Virus record (IMG/VR): IMGVR_UViG_3300006919_000003
Direction: 5' to 3' (one strand)
Length of the DNA: 64,000 nucleotides
Source of the DNA: an uncultured virus (IMG/VR IMGVR_UViG_3300006919_000003)
Lineage: Duplodnaviria > Heunggongvirae > Uroviricota > Caudoviricetes > Schitoviridae
Part shown: piece by piece, positions 55,838 through 64,000 of the stretch
Layout: each line of letters starts with the position of its first letter
Numbering within the stretch: the stretch's first letter is position 1
Translations under genes and position numbers: made by a program
The notes under the pieces: model-generated
What the model saw: only the letters and a program-made list of their open reading frames with translations
The model's database searches: none
What the model was told of the DNA's origin: nothing

Positions 55838-58800
55838 ATGACAGACGCTATAGATAACATTTTAAACGGCTTTAGCGATCCATCACCCAGTGTTTCAGAT
55901 AGTCTAAAAAGTTTTGGACAGCCTACAACTCCTGCACCTATTCCAGAAAAAACAGAGCAACAAAAAGCTCTTGAAGCATTGAGCAACCCTCAAGCAATTG
56001 AAGCTTTGGGTGCATCTGAAGTTAACAATGGTGTTCTTGCTGACCAGAAGTTCGCAAAAGATCTTAAAGATATGGACTATGGTACCCTTCTTCGTACATA
56101 TGGTGAAGACGTAGCAAAGAACCGTTGGAAATACCTTACTGGTAAACAAAAGGTAACAGATCCTCTTACAAACAATCGTACAACTGGTGAGATTGCAAAA
56201 GATACAGCTCTTGCTGTTGGTGGTGGTGCTATCGGTACTATAAACAACATAGAAAGCTCATTGCTGTCTGTATGGGATGGTTACGCTAATGCAGTGAACA
56301 GTGTTCCCCGCAAATTGAATGATCTTGGCCTACTTCCTGATTTTCTACGTCCTGGATACTCAACTTTGGGTGTTACTCGTGCTCAACAAGCTGAACGAGG
56401 ACAGGAATATATTCAATCATTAAAATCAGATCCGTTGAAAGAACGATTAGAAGCTACGAATAAGATCCGTGCTGATCAAGAGATCAACTCAGAAGCCGCA
56501 AGAGAAGCAGACGTTAACTCTGGTACATCTCCATTGGTTGCTGACCTGAAGAAACTAGGAAGAGACTTCATTGAAGAAGGTGGAAACCTTCTGAATGATC
56601 CTGCTGTATCTGGTGATATCGTTGCTACAGGTGTTGGCTCACTTCTAACATCTGCTGGTGTTGTAGGTAAAATTGCAAAAGCAGGTGGTGGTACAAAACT
56701 AGCTACTGCAACTGGTGTTGGTGCTGTTGAAAGTTCTGGTACATTCACTCAGGCTGCCAATGATGTATTGGGTATGTCTGAAAGTGAGCTATTGTCAGGT
56801 TCTGATCGTTATATCGAGCTAAGAGCTACTCTTAATCATGAAGAAGCACGTAAGGTTGTTGCACAGGAAGTTGCTAATAATGCTGCTATTAATCAGTTAC
56901 CTATCGCTACTGCTACAGGTCTGATTGCAGGTAAGTTCGAAGCTGCTCCTCTTTCTGCTGGTTCCGTGAAAGAAGCTGTTCGTAACGTTGGTTCTCAGGT
57001 AGTTGAAGAAGCTGTTCAATCAGGTACAAGCGAATTCTCTACAAACAAAGCTGTGAGAGACATTGCAGATAGTTCTCGTGAACTTACTGAAGGTGTAGGT
57101 GTATCTGCTGCTCAGGGTGCTGTTGGTGGTCTGGGAGCTGCTACTGCTGCTCAAGGCCCAGCCGTTGTATCAAAATCATCTGATGCTGTTCTAAAGCCTG
57201 CAATTCAGAAATCTGTTGATGTCGGTACGGCTATCATTGAAGCACGTAATCAACGTATTCAAGATGGATTGGATGCAGAATCACCTGTTGGAACCAATGC
57301 TACTGAGGCTGCTCGTGAGACAGTCAAAGAGACTGCTACAGTTAATCCAGAGCTTGCTCAGGTAATCAACTTTGGTGAAGGTGAGATTGAAGCTCTTCCA
57401 GAGACAATCAAAGGTATGTTTGGTAATACTGAAGGTACAACCAAGATCGATACACTTGTTGATATTGTGAACAATGTCGGTAAAGACGAGTTTACACCAG
57501 AACAAGAGAAAGATCTTGTCTTATATGCTTTCAGTGAGATTGGTAAACTACAAGAGTTTGCTTTAAGTGAACGTACTGATGACCAAGCTTTAAACAATGC
57601 TAAGGATGCAATCTTGGATATGGCTTCCAATAAAGCATTCGTAGAAGCAGTACAGAAGGCTATTGCAGTTGATGAGAACATTGAGAACTCACCAGAGGTT
57701 ACTGAAGTAACTCAAGCTGATGTTGATACAACTGTTCGTATTGCAGAGGCTAACCCTTCAGGTGTTGACCCTAAGAAGATTGATGCAATCCTTGATCAAC
57801 ATGCTCGTGGTAAGATCATTATCCCAGAGATTCTGGTAAAGAAGATCAAAGCTGCAAGCAAGATTGCTAAAGAGCTTCGTAAGACAGAGGCTTTAAAGGC
57901 TTCTATCGAACAAGAACGTGTAGATACGATTAATGCTCAGGGTTCTGGCCCGAAAGTAGAAGTCAGAAAGACCCGTGATATCGTTCGACGTGAGATCAAT
58001 TTTGAAGGTAAACGAGTAAAAATCAAAGGCCAGGGAGAGAAAATTCTTCCGTCTCTCAATGACTTTTATTCGAATATCCTTGGTTCTATCAGTTCGAAGA
58101 ATGGTACTGCAATTGACCGTAATGGGCAGTTGGTAGATGCTCAGAGTTCATTTGAACAACTGGGTAATTTCGCTCAACACATGGTGAATAAGGTAGAAGC
58201 GATTAATACATCTGCTAAGGGTGGTAAAGGTGAGAAGGTCTCTTTCCGTACCCTAACACCATTTGGTTTTGTTGAAGCTGGTGAAAAAGGTTCAAGTCAG
58301 ATCTTTGCTAATGCAAAGTCTCCAAACTCCATTTCCACAGCTAAGGAAGCACTTGTAGATGCGAATTCAGCGATTGATTTATATAATAATCTTCTGGATC
58401 TATACCCTGAAGAATTGTCAGGTGAGAAGCTTACTAAGCCTTCACTGTATCAATCATTAAATAGTGGTTTGTCGGTTGTTGATACTGCCGACGAGACGAG
58501 TGCGGTCTCGACCGAGGCTTTCGACGACGCCCCGTCGTCGGAAACGACCGAGAGGCCAACCGAGGAGGCAGCTCAAGAGAGTAGCTCAGAAACTACTGAA
58601 GAAATTACCAACGAAGAAGAAAGCACGGAGGTCATTGATAATGAGACCAACACTACCGAGCCACAGAGCACAGAAAGTTCGGAGCCGTCAACGGAGACTG
58701 AACAAACATCTGAAGAGCAAGCAGAACCTGTTGAAGAAGTTGTGGAAGAACCACAAACCGAAGGGACAGAAGCGGAGACTTCAGGAGAAGGTGAAAACAT

Positions 58801-61800
58801 TGGAGAACCTTCAGAAAGTGTACTAGAGGCTCGTTCATTCGATAATCTCATTTCTGATAACTTTAGTAAGGCTTTCTCAGTTAAAACTGAGAAGGCAATA
58901 CTTCCGTATGACCAATTGAAAGAAGCTTTCACATCACAAGAGAGCTTACAAGAAGCGTCTAAAGCAGACCTACCATATCTCATGAATGATGATGCTCGTA
59001 AAGCATTTGCAGGTATGTTGGAGAAGGCTGTACCAACCCTTATTAAACGCTTAAATGGTCGCTTAGATACTGCTAAGGTCAACAAAAGCCAGACAGTGCG
59101 TCAAGCACTGGCGGCTGGTAAAGACCTTGTAAACTTCCGTGATACAAGAGCAACCAACCTTATTGATACAGAGACTGGTAATTATGACCAGAACCTCATT
59201 GAACAAGCTTCATTGGCTGCTGTTCATTGGATTATGACATCTGCAAAAGGACGTTCATTGAATGTTGAAGAAGTTGCTGATGCTTTCGGTGTATCACTAG
59301 ATAACGTAACAAACGAAATGCAGGACGCATTAAACTTTGGTATGAGTGCTACATCTGCAAAAGAAGCACTATCAAACATTATCCAGAGTTTCTGGGGAAG
59401 TGAAACAAACCCTGATGCTTCACTTTCAGTGACACGAGGTATTCCTGAAGCTATTGCTGCTGAACTTATTACTGTCATGGACGGTATTATGTTGAACACT
59501 AAACGCTTTAAGGTGACCAAAAATGTTAATGGTAAATTAGAGGAAGTTGATTACGTTGCTATCTCTACAGAGTCAGAGAACTCAGTAAACTTTGTTAAAG
59601 AGATGGGGCCAGCTAAAACAATCCTTGGTGATATGTTGCTTGGTCAAGACCCTGAACTACCATCATTTGGTGTACCACACACTAAAGTCGCTAAGACACA
59701 AAAGAGAAACCCTCTATCTAAGCTTACAGATAAAGAACAACGTGTAATCAAGTCTGCACAGAAGATTAAATTCTTCCGTAACCCTGCGTTCATTACATTC
59801 ATGAATGCGATGGGTGAAGACAATTACACCAAGCTTCTTGGTTCCACAGATGTGAGTGAAACATCTACCAACAAGGTTCATGCGAAATCCATTGAAGGTG
59901 TCAACATGAGCAATGCTTCTGGTTTCCGTCAGACATTGGAACAAGATAATGCTCTACAAGCGTATGCTGAAGCCACAGAGACTGCTGCTAACGATGTACC
60001 AGTTCACTACAATTGGTATGTCACTAAGGTTGGTCGTCTACATATGAGCGGATTTGGCCCACAGGCTGATAAAACAGCTCGTGAAGCTTACTCACCTACT
60101 GTATCAACACTGGATCTTACAAAGCTCCAAGACAATGACTTCTTCTGGATGACTGTTGCTCAATCTTCTGATCTCGTTAAGACTGAAAAAGTCACTCGTG
60201 TTGAAGCTGTAAAGCAAGCAAAAGAAATCTATCAAAAGTACCCTAAAACACTCGATATCCTTCGTGGATGGTTGCGTGTTGAAGATGGTGCTTTAAATGA
60301 GCAAGAAATTTCTACGATTACGGACGAATTAGGGGCTGTGACAGCGAAACAGATCCATGCCCTTCTATCAGTCGCTCAATACGATAACGCTTATTCTGAA
60401 GGCTCTCAGAGCGAATTTAAGCATATGCTATCACTTGAGGCTGATGGTAAGACTGATGGCCCAATCAACGCTATGATGAACTTCATCTCAGGTCGTTTTA
60501 CAAATGACCAATTGAGTATGCTCGCTAAAGGTGGTTTCTTCTTGAACCAAGAAGGGCGAACATTGAATGACCACTATCAAACTGACCCTGCTGATTTGTA
60601 TCAAGTGGGTGCTTCTCGATTTACAGAACTCCTGGGAACGCTCAATCAAGACCTGGTTGAGAATTATCCAGAGAGTGCAAAATATATGTCAGCATTGCTG
60701 AATTTCTCTAACCATTTTGGTGAAATTGAATTCGTGGATGGTGACCTTGTAATTGGTCGTAATACTCTAAAGAACCCACTAACCGTTACAGTGTACGGTT
60801 CAGGTGCTAATGGTATTGCTCAGAAAGTTTCGTCTGCTCTTATGACTTCATTCTATGAAGAGCTTACAAAAAAGAATACAGGTCAACCTTCAAAGTTGGA
60901 TGATTACCCGACTATTTCTGAAGACATGAAGACCTTGTTCGGTAACAAGACTTTCCAAAACCCTAAGACATTAGAGTGGGCTACAATCAATAGTAACGAT
61001 GCTATTGCTTCGTCAAAAGACCTTACAAACTTTGAGTTCTCTCTTAAAAATAAAGAGAACTTTAACACCAATGTTAAGAGTTTGTTCGTCACTCCTATGT
61101 ATCAAGCCATCAATGAAATGATGGGTGAGACTACGGATACTACAACACAATTCCAGACTGCTACACAGATACAGTCTATTGTTTTGATTGATAAATTCCA
61201 AAGAGCACTAGACCAGAAGTTGGAAGAAAAAAGAGAAGCGGGAGAAATCGGAAAGGGAGAATTCCTTTCACAGAATGATTACAACCAAATCTTTAAAGAG
61301 ATCGAGAAGTATGGTGCTATCGTTGAAAACGATGAGCAAGTGCTGAACTTTGCAACCTCTGAAAAGAGCGAGTCACGTTATGAATTCTCTCGCTCATTAG
61401 ATGGTAAACTAGGTGGACAATCCACCCTTCCAGCACCCAGCGAAGCTGGTGTGCGTGCTGCACCTTATATCACTATCAACCGTGGTGATGCTCAGATGGT
61501 AAACAACATCTATGATGCTAAAGATGCACCGCTACGCTCTCTACCCGTCTTCGACGGGATCGAGCTTGCGGCTGATGATATCGATACAGCTTCAGAAATG
61601 ATTAACCGCTCAGTCACAGAAGCATGGATGCAGAACCCTGCAAAGGATGTGTCTGATAGCTTTAATGCTTTCTTGCGTGCTGAACCACTTGAAGGATTGA
61701 GCCAAGAAGCTGAAACATCTCTGCGTGAGATGCTTGGAATGAATTCTGAAGATAACATTGAAGAAGTTCTGAAGGATGTACGTAATACACTCGAAGAAAC

Positions 61801-64000
61801 TGCTAAAAGTATTCAGGCTCGTAAAGAAGCAATCAATGAAGTTCTGTTCTCTGTTGACCATATGGCTTCAGCGGAGTCTCCATACACAAACAAGGGTAAA
61901 GCCCTTGAAGGTGATGTAGTTGAGGCTATTAACGAGATTTATGAAAGTAAACTTCCTAAAGAGCAAAAAGAAGCTATTCAGGAAGAAACAAACGAATTCA
62001 AAGACTTAGTGTCTAAGTATGGTAAAAAAGAGAACGGTATCACGTCTCTTAATACTGAAGCATTTGAGCTTATGATGGGTGAGGCTAAACTCTCTAAAGA
62101 GCTGTCCGAAATATTCAACACTCTTCGGACTAACCTCGACCCAGATACAGTTTTTGTTTTTGGTTCCCAACTGGAATTGACCCAATTTAGAGATAGTAAT
62201 TTCCCAGATCGAAATGATGGAAAGATGATTTCTAAAGGTCAGATCGACCTGTTGAACAACGTAATTTACGTAGGTAACCAATCACCTGAAACTGTACTCC
62301 ATGAAGCAGTTCATGCGGCTACAATGGGTAAGGTACTTGATTTCTACACAGACCAAGATTTGCTTAATGACGACGACACCGCTTCGCTACGTCGTCTGGA
62401 AGCACTTATGGATGAGTTCTTGAAACAAGACTTCAGATATGATGATGAGGCTACTCGTAACGCTGCAAGCGATACAATTCAGACCATCAACGAGTATCTG
62501 CAAAGAAACACACCAGAAGACAACGCAGCAGCGTTGAATGAGTTCATGGCTTGGAACCTGACTAACCAAAACTTGATTGAAGTTGGTAAGGGTACTCGTG
62601 TTCGCTCTCCTTTGGCAAAAGTAGTGGGTAAAGCAATTGCTCTCATGAAACGTCTATTAGGTGCTGTAAAAGGTGATGTATTCAATAACATCTTATTCAA
62701 CACTAAAGTTCTATTGAGCACACCAAGAAACATCATGGATAGTGTATCTGCTACATTGCAACTTAATCAGTTTGCTGAAGCAGGTAATGACCCACGTCTA
62801 CAACGTATGACAGAGTTGTTTGATGCTAAGATTGCTTCGCATATCAGAGCACAGAAGAACCCATTGAAGACCGAAACAACAAGAGCAATCGCAGAGGCTT
62901 CCAAGTCTACTACATTGTTCATTCAGAATGGTTTCTCAATGAATATGCAACAGAAGCAGTTGTTTAGTTCAATCCAGGCAGCACTTGCTACTCAGATGGA
63001 CATGGATAAGCTTTCACTGGTACGTGCTCAGAAGATCTACAAACAAGTTATCGATAAGTTAAAAGTCGAAGACTTCATGGATAATCCTGAAAGCACGAAC
63101 CCAAATGATCGTCATATCGCTCAGAACAAATACAACGTATTGACTGGTGCGTATGGACGTAATGAGGATGCTTTAACTCGCTCAAATCTCCTGTCATCAT
63201 TCTTGGCTTTGGCTCAAGTAGACGAAGGTTTCCGAGCAATCCTAGATGAAGTTGTACTCCCAAAAACAATCAATGTTGATACTTCATCAACAAATGATTT
63301 GCTGAATTCATTGGGTACTTCAATGATGAATGCTCTGGCTATTACGATTACTCGTGAAGGACTGAACAATCGCAATTCACGTCAAGCACTTGATAACCTT
63401 ACACAATCTTTGGGCCGTATCGAAGAAGACAGCAAGACATACATTGAAAGAGCTGCTCAAAATCTCTTAGATAACGGTGATAAAAGAGGTTCTGATTTCC
63501 TTGTCAAAGTAGGTAACCAAATTGGTAACACTGCTGATGTAAAGGCTCAGAGCACAACAGGTATTCGTAAGTTCCTATGGCAAAGTGCTGCTGTAGCTTC
63601 TGGTGCTATCAGTCGTGAAAGAGGTGCTACACTCGTTAAAGTGGGTACTGAATTTATGAACACACAGAACGTATGGACACCAATCAGAGAAGTCTTTGAA
63701 GAGATTGTATCTCGTACTGAAGACAATGGTGTTGTTGTCGATATGGTCAACAAAGTGAAATACGCTGTTTCCAGCGTTAGACAGGATTTCCGTGAGACAT
63801 TGCCTGAAATTATTGCTTCTCGTTTTACTCGTAAGCTTTCAAAGCAAGAGTGGAAAAATCTTTATCGTGCATTTGGTAAGACTGACCTTGCTGCTTTGGG
63901 TGCAAGCTATAAAATGGACGATATTGTTGATATTATCAGTTCAAGAAAGAAGCTTAATGCTGAGATCAACTCTCTGGAAGAAGAGCTAAAATCACTCTCA
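55838..64000 (+). CDS. Virion-encapsidated RNA polymerase (N4 gp50-like), truncated by the window end; not in ORF track
   Basis: Start MTDAIDNIL; polymerase motifs TKVGR (~60022), EADGKTDGP (~60437, checked in frame with the start), RNTLKNPLTVTVYGSG (~60758), VFDG (~61547); HEAVH (~62300). Confidence 0.96.
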   Translation, partial: MTDAIDNILNGFSDPSPSVSDSLKSFGQPTTPAPIPEKTEQQKALEALSNPQAIEALGASEVNNGVLADQKFAKDLKDMDYGTLLRTYGEDVAKNRWKYLTGKQKVTDPLTNNRTTGEIAKDTALAVGGGAIGTINNIESSLLSVWDGYANAVNSVPRKLNDLGLLPDFLRPGYSTLGVTRAQQAERGQEYIQSLKSDPLKERLEATNKIRADQEINSEAAREADVNSGTSPLVADLKKLGRDFIEEGGNLLNDPAVSGDIVATGVGSLLTSAGVVGKIAKAGGGTKLATATGVGAVESSGTFTQAANDVLGMSESELLSGSDRYIELRATLNHEEARKVVAQEVANNAAINQLPIATATGLIAGKFEAAPLSAGSVKEAVRNVGSQVVEEAVQSGTSEFSTNKAVRDIADSSRELTEGVGVSAAQGAVGGLGAATAAQGPAVVSKSSDAVLKPAIQKSVDVGTAIIEARNQRIQDGLDAESPVGTNATEAARETVKETATVNPELAQVINFGEGEIEALPETIKGMFGNTEGTTKIDTLVDIVNNVGKDEFTPEQEKDLVLYAFSEIGKLQEFALSERTDDQALNNAKDAILDMASNKAFVEAVQKAIAVDENIENSPEVTEVTQADVDTTVRIAEANPSGVDPKKIDAILDQHARGKIIIPEILVKKIKAASKIAKELRKTEALKASIEQERVDTINAQGSGPKVEVRKTRDIVRREINFEGKRVKIKGQGEKILPSLNDFYSNILGSISSKNGTAIDRNGQLVDAQSSFEQLGNFAQHMVNKVEAINTSAKGGKGEKVSFRTLTPFGFVEAGEKGSSQIFANAKSPNSISTAKEALVDANSAIDLYNNLLDLYPEELSGEKLTKPSLYQSLNSGLSVVDTADETSAVSTEAFDDAPSSETTERPTEEAAQESSSETTEEITNEEESTEVIDNETNTTEPQSTESSEPSTETEQTSEEQAEPVEEVVEEPQTEGTEAETSGEGENIGEPSESVLEARSFDNLISDNFSKAFSVKTEKAILPYDQLKEAFTSQESLQEASKADLPYLMNDDARKAFAGMLEKAVPTLIKRLNGRLDTAKVNKSQTVRQALAAGKDLVNFRDTRATNLIDTETGNYDQNLIEQASLAAVHWIMTSAKGRSLNVEEVADAFGVSLDNVTNEMQDALNFGMSATSAKEALSNIIQSFWGSETNPDASLSVTRGIPEAIAAELITVMDGIMLNTKRFKVTKNVNGKLEEVDYVAISTESENSVNFVKEMGPAKTILGDMLLGQDPELPSFGVPHTKVAKTQKRNPLSKLTDKEQRVIKSAQKIKFFRNPAFITFMNAMGEDNYTKLLGSTDVSETSTNKVHAKSIEGVNMSNASGFRQTLEQDNALQAYAEATETAANDVPVHYNWYVTKVGRLHMSGFGPQADKTAREAYSPTVSTLDLTKLQDNDFFWMTVAQSSDLVKTEKVTRVEAVKQAKEIYQKYPKTLDILRGWLRVEDGALNEQEISTITDELGAVTAKQIHALLSVAQYDNAYSEGSQSEFKHMLSLEADGKTDGPINAMMNFISGRFTNDQLSMLAKGGFFLNQEGRTLNDHYQTDPADLYQVGASRFTELLGTLNQDLVENYPESAKYMSALLNFSNHFGEIEFVDGDLVIGRNTLKNPLTVTVYGSGANGIAQKVSSALMTSFYEELTKKNTGQPSKLDDYPTISEDMKTLFGNKTFQNPKTLEWATINSNDAIASSKDLTNFEFSLKNKENFNTNVKSLFVTPMYQAINEMMGETTDTTTQFQTATQIQSIVLIDKFQRALDQKLEEKREAGEIGKGEFLSQNDYNQIFKEIEKYGAIVENDEQVLNFATSEKSESRYEFSRSLDGKLGGQSTLPAPSEAGVRAAPYITINRGDAQMVNNIYDAKDAPLRSLPVFDGIELAADDIDTASEMINRSVTEAWMQNPAKDVSDSFNAFLRAEPLEGLSQEAETSLREMLGMNSEDNIEEVLKDVRNTLEETAKSIQARKEAINEVLFSVDHMASAESPYTNKGKALEGDVVEAINEIYESKLPKEQKEAIQEETNEFKDLVSKYGKKENGITSLNTEAFELMMGEAKLSKELSEIFNTLRTNLDPDTVFVFGSQLELTQFRDSNFPDRNDGKMISKGQIDLLNNVIYVGNQSPETVLHEAVHAATMGKVLDFYTDQDLLNDDDTASLRRLEALMDEFLKQDFRYDDEATRNAASDTIQTINEYLQRNTPEDNAAALNEFMAWNLTNQNLIEVGKGTRVRSPLAKVVGKAIALMKRLLGAVKGDVFNNILFNTKVLLSTPRNIMDSVSATLQLNQFAEAGNDPRLQRMTELFDAKIASHIRAQKNPLKTETTRAIAEASKSTTLFIQNGFSMNMQQKQLFSSIQAALATQMDMDKLSLVRAQKIYKQVIDKLKVEDFMDNPESTNPNDRHIAQNKYNVLTGAYGRNEDALTRSNLLSSFLALAQVDEGFRAILDEVVLPKTINVDTSSTNDLLNSLGTSMMNALAITITREGLNNRNSRQALDNLTQSLGRIEEDSKTYIERAAQNLLDNGDKRGSDFLVKVGNQIGNTADVKAQSTTGIRKFLWQSAAVASGAISRERGATLVKVGTEFMNTQNVWTPIREVFEEIVSRTEDNGVVVDMVNKVKYAVSSVRQDFRETLPEIIASRFTRKLSKQEWKNLYRAFGKTDLAALGASYKMDDIVDIISSRKKLNAEINSLEEELKSLS

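Noticed and set aside
55904..63989. Many short ORFs listed in the track
   Set aside because: They are antisense or off-frame shadows of the single vRNAP frame starting at 55838.

Overview
The window holds most of the genome of an N4-like (Schitoviridae) lytic podovirus, opened at an arbitrary point. The host is probably a marine alphaproteobacterium (Roseobacter-phage-like gene content); this is inferred, not shown. The left half (minus strand, about 37-30682) carries early and middle genes: gp1/gp2 behind two N4-type virion-RNAP hairpin promoters, class II RNR, the two-subunit RNAP II, an HNH nuclease, a Tad2/DUF2829 fusion, tRNA-Ser(GCT), a MoxR/vWA pair, a dCTP deaminase-ThyX-HD hydrolase-dNMP kinase block, rIIA/rIIB, a TraR-like protein, helicase and DNA polymerase A. 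An inverted cassette of virion-like genes interrupts this arm at 13799-15608. The right half (plus strand) is the late module: terminase, two receptor-binding tail proteins, lysis genes, portal, capsid, ejection proteins and the giant virion RNA polymerase (55838 to beyond the window; missing from the ORF track). The most unusual signal is an AT-rich tandem array of six small, otherwise dissimilar genes (28984-30682), plus two more at 25913-26409, that share an amphipathic helix ending in L(L/M)G. Large foldable non-coding elements lie within and beside this array, and its first gene ends in an SSB-tail-like motif.
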